Positions 48,601 through 60,600 of a stretch of 64,000 nt of DNA are shown piece after piece (the stretch's first letter is position 1; every line of letters begins with the position of its first letter). A program made the translations under genes and the position numbers. Below the pieces are notes generated by a model. It made no database searches, was not told the origin of the DNA, and was given only the letters and a program-made list of their open reading frames with translations. This DNA comes from Hemiscyllium ocellatum (lineage: Eukaryota): the NCBI RefSeq assembly GCF_020745735.1, contig NC_083435.1, forward strand, positions 35,632,121 through 35,696,120. The letters are read 5' to 3'.

Positions 48601-51600
48601 GAAGAAATCAGAGCATCCAGAGGGAGCCCACGCAGATGTAGGGAGAATGTCTGTGTGGAGTTTGCACAATCACCTGAGGCTGGAATCGAACCCGGGTCCC
48701 TGTTGGGGCTGTGAGGCAGTGGTGCTAACCACTGAGCCACCATGCCACCCTGCATTCACATGACAGTGAGAATATAAAACAGTACAACGCAGGAACAAGC
48801 CCTTCCTCCCACCATGTCTGTACAGACTGTGAGGGCCAGCAATTGTATATGTTAACCGCTGTGCCCCATGAGCGCCAACAGGGCAGTATGGTGGCACTGT
48901 GTTTAGCACTGCTGCCTCACAGCGCCAGTGACCCAGGTTTGATTCCAGCCCAAAGACCTGCAGGTTAGATAAATTGGCCGTACTAAATTGTCTTGTCGTA
49001 TCCATGGTTACACACACTGGGTAGATTAGCATGGTAAATGCAGGGTTATGGGGATGGGAAGGGTCTGGGGAAAGATGCCCTTCATAGGGTTGGTACCATT
49101 CAAAACTAACCCCACACCCATGTTCACATTCCATATCCCTCAATTCCCTGCCCGTTTGTGTGTCTGTCTTAACGCTTAAATATTGCTGTTGTATTTGCTT
49201 CTATGACCTCTCCTGGCAGTGTGTTCCAGGCACGTACAACCCTCTGCATGAAAAGACGAACCTCATACACTTATCTCCTCTCACCTTAAACCTGTGCCCC
49301 TTACTACTTGACATTTTCACCATGTCAAACAGACCACAACTACCCACCCTATCCGTGCCTCTCATCGTGTTACACACATCTATCAGATGGCCCCTCAGCC
49401 TCTAATGCTCTCACAAAGACAACCCAAGTTTGTCCAACCTCTCCTGAGAACAAATACACTGCAATCCAGGCAACACCTTGATAAACCTCTTTTGTATACC
49501 CGCTCCAAAGCCTCCATTACTTTCCTGTAGTGTGGTCACCAGAACTGTATGCAATACTCCAAGTGTGGCCAAACCAAAGACTTAAACAGCTGCAACATGA
49601 CTTGCCCAACTTTTATACTCAATGCCCTGACAGATGAGAACGAGCATGCCATACACCTTCTTTACCAGGTTATCGACTTGTGTTGCCGTCTTCAGGGAGC
49701 TAAGGACTTGCACCCCCAAGGTTCCCACAATGCTCCTAAGTTTGTATTGTACACTTTCCTCTCGCAGTTGACCTCCTAAGATGCATCACCTCACACTTGC
49801 CCGGACTAAACCCCATCTGCCAATTCTCTGTCCAACTTTCCTAATGATTTATATGCAACTGTATCTTTTGACAATCTTCCTCAATATCCACACTTCCATT
49901 TTGAGTCATCTGCAAACTTACTAATCAGACCACCTACCTTTCAGCCAATATTATCCAACAGAGGTCCCAACACCCATCCTTGCACAGCACCACTCTTCAC
50001 AGACCTACAGTCAGAACAATGTTCCATAGCTACTCTGTCTACTATGGCCAAAGCAATTTTGCATCTGATTTGCCAACGCACTATGGATCCCAAGAGACAT
50101 AATCTTCTGGACCATCATTCTAGGACATGTCTGATCTTGGCCAGTACCTGAGTGAAGTCCATACAGACAATGTGCACTACCCTGGCCTCAATAGTTATCT
50201 TTGTCACTTCCTTGAAACTTCAATTGAATTTGTGAGATAAAGACAATTGTGCCCAAAGCCATGCTAACTATCTCAAACAATATCCATTCCTTTCCAAATG
50301 TGAAGACATCCTAACGTTTGGAATCTTCTCCAACATTTTCCCGATCACTGATGTAAAGTTCAGCAGCCTCGAATTTCCCTTTGCCCTCCTTCAACAAAAG
50401 AACAACACTGACTCTTCCCCATCTTCTGGGACCTCGCCTGTGGCTAAAGAGGATTCAGAGATCTCTGTCAAGGCCCCGGCAATCTCCCCACTTGCCTCCT
50501 TCAGTATCCTGAGATAGATCCCATCAGGCCCTGGGAACCTATCCAAGTTGATGTCTTTCAACACCGCCTCCTTCTTAATATTGACATGACCCAGAATTTC
50601 AACCACCTCATATAGCCCTCCTTAATCTTCCCATCATGCATATCCTTCTCCCGGGTGAATACTGATGAATAGTACACATTAAGGACCTCACCCATTTACT
50701 CCTTGCATAAATTCCTCTTTGTCTCTGAATGAACTTGACCTTTCTCTGGTTAACCATGTGCTGCTCATGTATCTATAAAATGTCTTGGCATTCTCCTTAT
50801 TCCTACTTACGGCCCCTTCTAACCCTCCAAATCTCTTGTTGAAGCTCTTTCCTGCTTCCTTTATATTCCTAAACCTTAGATTCCTAGATTCCCTACAGTG
50901 TGGAAACAGGCCCTTCGGCCCAGCAAGTCCACACCGAGCCTCCAAACAGTAACCCACCCAGTCCCATTTCCCTCGGACTCATGTACCTAACACAATGGGC
51001 AATTTAGCATGGATTGGATTGTGGGAGGAAACCGGAGCACCCGGAGGAAACCCACGCAGACACGGGGAGAATGTGCAAACTCCACACAGACAGTCGCCCG
51101 AGGCTGGAATTGAACCTGGGACCCTGCTGCTGTGAGGTAGCAGTGCTAACCACTGAGCCACCGTGCTGCCCCAAAACCTTACATATGCTTCTTTTTCTTT
51201 TTTGACTAAACTCTGAATATCTCTTGTCATCCAGGGTTCCTGAATCTTGTTGTCCTTGTCTTCCATTGTCACAGGGAGAAACTGCTCCTGGCCTTTGGTC
51301 AACTGGCCTTTAAAAGGTTCCCTCATTTCAAATAGGAATTTACCCTCTAAACAGCCACACCCAATCTCATTTCTCCAGTTCCTGCTGAATACTGTTGTAA
51401 TCAGCCTCCCCCAATATATTTCGTCTGAGGACCAGTTTTACCCTTAACTATCGTCAAACTTGTGGAATTACAATTACTGTTCCCGAAACGTGCCACCACT
51501 GAAAATGTGATCACTTGCGCAGGCTCATTCCCCGATAAGTAATCGAGTGCAGCCCTTCCCTAGTGGGGACTATCTACATTTCAGGAAACCTGCCTGGGTG

Positions 51601-54600
51601 TACAGAACCAATGTACAGGAGCCAAAGAGAACTCCCGCAGCGTGCCCCAATGACTGCTGCCCTGAAGCTCTTCAACCATGTTCTGAAACAGACTCGCTAC
51701 CACAGCCCTCCAACCTTCCAGCTCAGCACTGTCCCCATGACGTGTCCTACCTGCCTATCTTCCTTCCCATCTTTCCACTCCACCCACCTCTCTGACCTAT
51801 CACCTTCATCCCCACCCCCATTCATCCATTGTACTCTTTGCTACCTTCCCCCACCCTCCTCTCTGACCTATCACCTTCATCCCCACCCCCATTCACCTCT
51901 TGTACTCTTTGCTACTTTCTCCCCACCCCCACCCCCACCCCCCTCTCACTTATCTCTCCACTCTGCAGGCACCCTGCCTCTATTCCTGATGAAGGGCTTT
52001 TGCCCGAAATGTCAATTTTCCTGCTCCTCGGATGCTGCCTGACTTGCTGTCCTTTTCCAGCACCACTCTAATCAAGACTGCTACCTGATGGACTCTGACC
52101 TCCAGTATTATGAAGTGCTTTGAGAGGTTAGTTATGCTTCACATCAACTCCAACTGCTTGCATGATTTGCAATTCACTGACCAGTGCAATTGGTCCACAG
52201 CAGATGTCAATTCCTCGGTGCTACACTCAGCCCAGGAACATTGGAAAACAAGGATACCTATATCTGGCTCCGACTTATTGACTACAGTTCCACCTTCAAC
52301 ACAACAATTCCAAACAACCTCATCTCTGAACTCGGTGACCTAGATCTTGGCTCCCTGCTCTGTAACTGGATCCTCCCCTCCCTGACGCATAGACCACAGT
52401 CAGTACGAATAGGCCAGAACACCTCTTCCAGCCTAATCCTCAATGCTGATGCCCCACAAGGCTGCATACTTAGCCCCCTTCAAAACTCCTTATACACTCA
52501 CAACTGTGTAGACAAATTCTGACCCAAATCGATTCACAAATTTGTTGATGACCCCATCATCGTGGGTCGGATTTGAAACAATGGCGAGACAGAATACAGG
52601 AAAGAGGTTGAGTGCTTACAGCATGGTGTAAAGACAATAATGTCTTCATCGACATCAGCAAAATGAAGGGGCTGAATGTGGTCATTGACTCCAGGAAGCA
52701 GAGTCATAGCACTCCCCCTGTCTGCATCAATGGTGCTGAGGTGGAGGTGGTCGACAGCATCATGTTCCCTGGAGGCGATGGTCACCAATGACCTGTCCGA
52801 TTCCACCCATGTTGATGCTATGGTCAAGGAAGCACAACAATGTCTCTACTTGCTGAGGAGACTAAGGATATTTGGCAAGTCCACAAGGACTCTAACCAAT
52901 TTTGATAGATGTCCCGTAGAAAGCATCTTATCTGGGTGCATCATAGTCTAGTGCTGCGATTGCTCTGCCCAAGAAACTACAGTCATGAACACAGCCCAGT
53001 CCATCACACAAAGCAGCCTCCCATCCACTGACTTCCTCTACACTTTTTGCTGCTGAGGGAAAGCAATCAACAACAAAGACCCGTTCCACCCTCTTCCATC
53101 ACGCAGAAGTTATCAAAATTTGAATACCGATACGAAGATATTCAAGAACAGCTTCACCCACGCTGTTATCACACTTTTGAATGGACCTCTCAAATACTAA
53201 TTCTGATCCCTCTCTCTCTCTCTCTCTCTCTGCAGCTGTAACACTATATCGTGCACTCTACTCTGCGACCTTGGGGGACTTCGTATGGTACGATCTGCCA
53301 GTACAGAATGCAACACAACACTTTTCACTGCATCTCAATAAACCAATCAATCAAATTTGTCCCATCCAGCCCCTAAGTCACCACGGATCCCAAACAACTT
53401 AATCTTCTGGACCAGCCTACCATGTCTGACCTTATCAAATACGTATTCTATGCAGACAACCTCCATTACCCTAACCTGAACAATCATCTTTGTCTCTTCC
53501 TCAAAAGACCCAATTGAATTTATGAGATAAGACCGCTGTCAAAGATAAAATCACTCACCTTAGCAACTGTGCTGTTTTCTTTTAAAACATCTTTCAATGA
53601 CCTGCTTACACAGCAGGTTCCTGTACCACCCACTGGCTATTGGGAGGCCGACACGATAACCCCATCAGAGTGACTGGAGCTTTCAGCTACCTGAGTTCTA
53701 CCCTCCCATCCTCACTGGATAAACTCTCCAAGATGTCCTCTCGCAGTACAGCTGCACTTCCTCCTTAATCAGTAATGCAACATTGAAACTCTGGAACGCT
53801 GAGCTGTCAGTCCTGCCCTTCTCTGAACCAAGCTTCTGGAATGACTGTAACATCACAGCACCATGTACTAACCCAGGCTCGAAGCTCAGAACCTTACCTG
53901 CTATACTCAGGATTGTGCTAGAACTATATTACAGACCACCCTGAGGGCCTTGGTCCAACACTAACAGGAATACATATTCCCCATTACAGACCACCCTGAG
54001 GGCCTGGGTCACACACTAATAGGAGTACATATTCCCCATTACAGACCTCCCTGAGGGCCTGGGTCACACACTAACAGGAGTACATATTCCCCATTACAGA
54101 CCACCCTGAGGGCCTGGGTCACATATTAACAGGAGTACATATTCCCCATTACAGACCTCCCTGAGGGCCTGGGTCACACACTAACAGGAGTACATATTCC
54201 CCATTACAGACAACCTGAGGACCTGGGTCACACATTAACAGGAGTACATATTCCCCATTACAGACCACCCTGAGGGCCTGGGTCACACACTAACAGGAGT
54301 ACATATTCCCCATTACAGACCACCCTGAGGATCGCTGTGGGTCACACACTAACAACAGTGTACGTATTCACCGTTAAGGATTTCTTGTAGCCTCGGTTTC
54401 TCAGTAACATGAAAGTGTGTTCAGCATTACAAATTTCCTGCAGCCTGGGTGACACCATAACGCAAGAGTACATCTGTCCATCCCAGCCCTCCTGTGAACC
54501 AGGTCCACTCTCTAACACTAGTATACATTCACCGTTGCAGCCTTCCTAGGAACCTGGGTCACACTCTAACATGAGAGTTTGTTCACCCTTGTACGCTGTG

Positions 54601-57600
54601 AAGTCAGATCACTCTGTAACCCACGTGCGCACTAACCTTGTTTACTGCTGTTTGTTCTCTGTTGTGCTATCTCCACATTGGCGAGGGACAGACGCTGTCG
54701 GTCAATCAGCCTCTGTGTCTCCTGTTCCCAATATTGATCCTTCAGTGATGTCCGCATCCACGGCTGCCGAGGGATATCCTTCTTGATCACACTGTCAAAG
54801 TAGGTTATCTGGACATCATCCAAAACTCCAACATGAATGAATTCAGGAAAGTCATTGCTGTTCAGCATTGAGATGTAGTAATACCTCAGGGAGTGTGATT
54901 CTGTCAAAGATAAAAACCAAATCTGTCTCAGGGAAGACAATAAAACCATATGACAAAGGAGCAGAGGTGGTCTACTCAGCCCATCGTGTCGGCTTCAATG
55001 ACATCATGGCTGATGTGCTGGACTGCAACTCCTCTTCCCTACCGTTTGCCCCATAACACTTGATTCCTGACTGATTTGAAATCCTCGGCCTTGAAATTCC
55101 ATAACAAACCAGCCTCTACATTTATTTGTGATAAAGAATTTCACCGATTCACCACCCTCAGAGGAAAAGGACTTCCTCAATTCTGTCTTAATCGTGCAAG
55201 CCCTTACTCTGAGGTTTTTCCCTCTGGCCCTGGACCTTCCCACAAGGGGAGCAACCTTTTGGAGCTCAGGTTGAGGTTCTGGACCTTCCAAACCCAGTAT
55301 GGTGACCAAACGAACATTGCAGCTCAGCAAGCAAACTTACAACCGGGGAACAACCTTACCGCATCTCCCCGGTCAAATCCCTTTGATGTTTCAGTAAGAT
55401 CAGCTCTCATTCTCCGACAGTGCAATGAGGCCCAAATTATTCAACCTCTCCTCATAACTCAGTCCCTTCATTCCTGTCACCAGCCTAGTGAACATTCTCC
55501 GGTCTGCCTCCAATGCTCATACATCTATCCTTACAAAAGAGGCGCAAAACGTTTCACAGTATTCCAGGTGTGACCTGACCAATGCCTTACATAGTTTCAT
55601 CAAAACCTCCCTAATTTTATATGCCATTCCCTGTGACATAGACACCAACATTCCATTTGCTTTCTCTAATACCTGCTGAACTTACATGCCAGTTTTTTTT
55701 GTGATTTAAACAGAGACTCTCGTATTCCTCTGTGCTGTAGTTTTCTGCAGTCTTTCTCCATTTAAATAATATTCAGCTCCCCAGTTCTCCTGCCAAAGTG
55801 AATTACTTCATATTTTCCCACAATATATTCCATTGGCCATGTTTTGCCCACTCACTTGTTTATATCTCTTACTGACGTTTTGTATCAGCGTTAGCACTTG
55901 TCTTCCCACTGATTTTTGTGTAATCCATCAACTTGGCTAAAGTAACTCATCCAAGTTATTGACACATATCATATATATTTGTGGCCCCAGCACAATCCCT
56001 GGTGCCCTCCACCCAGGCTGCCATCTTGATAATACCCTCTCTAAGCCCAACTCTCTGTCTTCTATTAGTTAACCAATCCTATATGTATGCAAAAGTATTG
56101 CCTCCAACCACAGGAATACTTCACTTATTACATAGCTTAGCAAGTATTACTTAATCAAGTGCCTTCTGAAAATCTAAGTATATTACATCTACTGTTTCCC
56201 TTTTATCTATCCTGCTTGTTACTTCTTCAAAGAATTTGTCAGGCATGTTTTCCCCTTCATGAAGCTTTACTGACTCTGTTCATGTATATTATGTGATTCT
56301 AAATTTCCTGCCGTTACATCCTTTTAAAGAGACTTGAATGTTCCCCCATATCAGATATTAAGTTAACTGGCCTATAAATACCTGTCTTTTTCCTATCTTT
56401 CCTTATTAAATAGAGGTCAGAGAAAGTGGGGACTGTAAATACTGGAGAGTCAGATTCAAAAAGTGTGGTGCTGGAAAAGCACAGCAGGTCAGGCAGCATC
56501 CAAGGAGCAAGAGAGTCGACATTTCGGGCATAAGCCCTTCATTAGAACATTCCTGATGAAGGGCATATAGCCAAAAGGTCGAGTCTCCTGCTCCTCGGAT
56601 TCTGCCTGACCTGCTGCGCTTTTCCAGCACCACGCTTTTCAACTTCCTAAATAGACATGTTTGACAGTCTTCCAATCTGCTGGGGTTTTTCCAGGATCGA
56701 ACTAGTCCTGGAAGATTCCAGCCAGTGCATCTACTATCTCTACAGCTACTTCCTTTAGTATCCTGAGACACCTCCCATCAGGTCCATGGGACTTAATAGT
56801 TTTTAAACCCCATCAGTTTCCTCTGTTGAAAGGTATTTACGTCCTCTCCTCCTTTTGTCTCTTAATTATGTTGCAATTTTGGAATGTTATTAGCATCATG
56901 TACTGTTGAGATTATTGGAAAGTAATTATTCAGCTCTCTGCCATTTCCTGGTTCTCCAGTGTTAGTTTCCCAGCGTTTCCCTAGGAACCTGCGTTTCCTC
57001 TCTCTGCCTTTTCAGATATTTAAATAAGCTCTTGCTGACTGCAATCTTATTACTTTCAAGTTTCCCTCAAGTTTTAACTTTTCCCCTTCATTAATTTCTT
57101 GGTCTTTTTTCATTGGTTTGGAAGGTGTTCCCAATTCTCTGTCTTGCTACTAATTTTTGCCACATTTACTTTAAACTTATCTTTAATTGGGCGATCTCCT
57201 TAACCTCCCTGATTAACCATTGCTGGCTCATGCTCCTTTTAAAGTCCCCTTCTACTCCAGGGGATGTACCGTATATACTCGAGTATAAGTCAATTCTTTT
57301 TAAGGTTAAATTTATGGGGTCGACTATTATCTGGATACCACTTTTATGGGGCTGAAATTCATGCCGGTCAAAATCCATACCATATCATTGGCAGACGCCC
57401 AACTGATCTCTAAACAAATAAAGAAACAAAAACTACGATTATGGTAATTCTGAACACCCGGAGTGGAGCAAGCCAAGTGGCACACTGACTCATAAATGCT
57501 GATTAGATTACTTACAACATGGCCCCTCGACCCAACAAGTCCACACCGGCCTGTCGAAGCACACTCACCTAACACTACAGGCAATTTAGCAATGTCCAAT

Positions 57601-60600
57601 TCACCTAACCTGCACATTTCTGGACTGAGGGAAGAAACCCACGCAGACACAAGGAGAATGTGCAAACTCCACACAGACAGTCACCTGAGGCAGGAATTGA
57701 ACCCAGGTCTCTAGCACTGTAAGGGAGCAGTGCTAACCACTGTGCCACCGTGCCACCCAGGACCTGCTACCTGTGAAGAACTAGGGTTGACTTTTTCACG
57801 TCATATTTGGAACATTCTAGATTTTTAGGGGTTGATTTTAACAGGAGATCGACTATTACTCGAGTATATATGATATCTCTGCTGTGAGGTTGTAAATGTC
57901 TTTAAATATCGGCCATTGGTCCCCAGTCTCCAAACTTATTTCCCAGTTCATTCCCGCCAACTCTACACTTATTCCTTTGTTTGAGTGCAGCACAAATGTT
58001 TCTGACCCAGGTTCCTCCCTCTCAAACTGAATGCTAAATTCTACAAGGTGATGGTCACTTATTTTGACTTTAACACCATTTATTAAACCTGTCTCACTAC
58101 ACAGTTCCAGATCCAAAAGAGCCTAACCCTTGGTTGGGTCCATAACATATTGTTCAGGAAACTGTCCTGAATTCTTCCTCATGGCTATCTCTGTCAATCA
58201 GACTACCCAATGTCTATGAAGATTAAAGTTACCCATTATTAATGTACTACCTTTGTTATATGTCCTCATTATCTCCCGGTTCATTCTGTCCCATTAGGGG
58301 TCCATAAACTAATCTCCTTGTGTTTCCTTCCCTTGACATTTCTAACATCCACCTGTATGACTTCTACACCTGCTGATGCAAAATCATTTATTGCTGTTGT
58401 ATTTACTCCATCCGTGTACAAACACTACCTCACCAGCCTTCCCTTCCTTCCTGTCTTGTTGAAAGGTCCCATGTGTCTGAATATTTCATTCCCAGCTTCG
58501 ATCTCCTTGGAATCATATCACTGTAATGACTATAAAATCTTACTCTGTACCCTTCGTCTGGGTTTGTGCCATTAGCTTCATTTATTTTGTTGCAAAAACT
58601 GCAAGCAAAAATCCTTTAGCTTTACCTTTTCCTAAATCATTTTCCTTCCATGTTACCCTTGTTGCCACTGTTTTTCCTCCTTTCCACTCCAGCTATGGTA
58701 TTCCAAGTGGCTTATTAGGGCCACATTTCGCTTTGTAAGTTTACATTCCCCCTCTCCCCCCACCATCCGTTGCAAACCCTCTTTATAGCCCTTATTATTT
58801 GAGTCACCCAGGGCCACAGGTCTCTGGTTAGTTCTGACTAAGCCCATCCCATTGAAACAGTTTCCTTATACCCCAGTCTTATGCCACTGCCCCATAAACT
58901 GAAACCCGCTGTACCCTCACCAATCTCTGAGCAACACATTTAGCACCTTGACTTTTTTTTAACCTATGGTGAAAAGCAAGGGGCTGGAAAAGCACCACAG
59001 GTCAGGCAGCATCCGAGCAGCAGGAGAGTTGACGTTTTGGGTATAAGCCCTTCATCAGGAATGTGATTGGGAAGGGAGGGGGGAAGACAGGGGGCTCAGA
59101 AATAAATAGGAAAGAGAGGGTGGTGGTTAGGTAGCTGGGAAGGCGATAGGCAGATCCAGTTGGTGAGGGGAGAGGGTGATAGTAATAGACCCTATGCCAG
59201 TTTGCCAGTAGGGGTAGTAATTCAGAGACTCTTACCTCAGAGGTTCTGCTTTTCCATTTAACCCCGAACTGTTCAAGACCTTTCAGCAGAACCTCCTTTC
59301 TGGTCCAACAAATGTCATTGGTACCAGTGTGGATGATAATACTTGATCCCTGCCTTAACTCTGCAAGCTCTTCTCCAGTCTGAGGAGATGTGCTGACATT
59401 GAGCACAGTCGTTTCGACTCAAGTTCCTCCCTCGCACTCCACGCCCAAGCCCAGAGTGGGCAAGTCAGCCTTTGGGCTTGGAACTTTCCAATCCCCCTAC
59501 TCATCCTGTCCAGTCTCACAACTACAACCCTACTCCTTTCCCCATTTGAATGGCTCCATGTCGCAAGGTGTCACAGTGGATTGACTCATCCCCACTTACA
59601 TCTAACAATCCTGGAGGGATTGAGTCCGGCGCTGGCCAGGATTGTGTTGGAATGCTCAAATCAGGATGTAACGAGGGACTGAATGAGGGGTGTGGAATGT
59701 GGTTTGTAGGGAACACTGATAGTGCGTCTGATCAGCAGCACTATGTATCCATGATAATAAAACCTGCTCAGTCACTGCTGGTGGTGAGAATGGAGGAGGC
59801 TGAGATGAGAGGTTCAGGAATGTAACAGACAAATAAAGATAAAGTCATAGAGGTGTAAAGCATGGACACACATCCTTCAGTCCAACTCATTCGTGCTGAA
59901 CAGATATCCTACATTAATCTAGTCCCAGTTCACAGCATTTGGCCCATTTCCCTCCAAACCCTTCCTATTCATATACACATCCAGATGCCTTTTAAATGCT
60001 GTAATTGTACCAGCCTCCACCACTTCCTCTGGCAGCTCATTCCATACATGGACCACCCTCTGTCCTTAGGCTCTCTTTAAATCTTTCCTCTCTCACCTTA
60101 TACCTATACCCTCTAGTTTTGAACTCCCCTAGCTTGAGAAAAAGACCTTGCCTATTTACCCTATCCATGCCCCTCATAGAGTCATAGAGATGTACAACAT
60201 GGAAACAGACCCTTCAGTCCAACCCGTCCATGCCAACCAGATATCCCAACCAATCTAGTCCCACCTGCCAGAACCCAGCCCATATCCCTCCAAACCCTTC
60301 CTATTCACGTACCCACCCAGATGCCTTTTAAATGTTGCAATTGTACCAGCCTTCGTCCTCTGGCAGCTCATTCCATACACATACACCCTCTGCATGAAAA
60401 GGTTGCCCCTTAGGTCACCCTTCAGCTTCTGATGCTCCAGGGAAAATAGCCCCAGCCTATTCAGCCTCTCCCTATAGCTCAAAACCTCCAACCCTGCCAA
60501 TATCCTTTTGTAAATGTTTTTTGAAACCTTTTAAATTTCACAACATCCTTCCTATAACAGGGAGGCCAGAATTGTACAGTAGCCCCCCTTGTACCCATGG

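Larger units (their letters stand above)
54940..59520 (-). mobile_element. Near full-length degenerate CR1 with nested insertions, gene B intron 1
   Basis: ORF1 esterase (IIIHTGTNDI, 59002-59406), endonuclease end (SDHHLVEFSI), RT fragments and 3' end at ~54940, in collinear order. Confidence 0.7.

Noticed and set aside
53927-54345. Regularly spaced repeats resembling a CRISPR array
   Set aside because: Head-to-tail units with no unique spacers, in a vertebrate intron; no cas genes.
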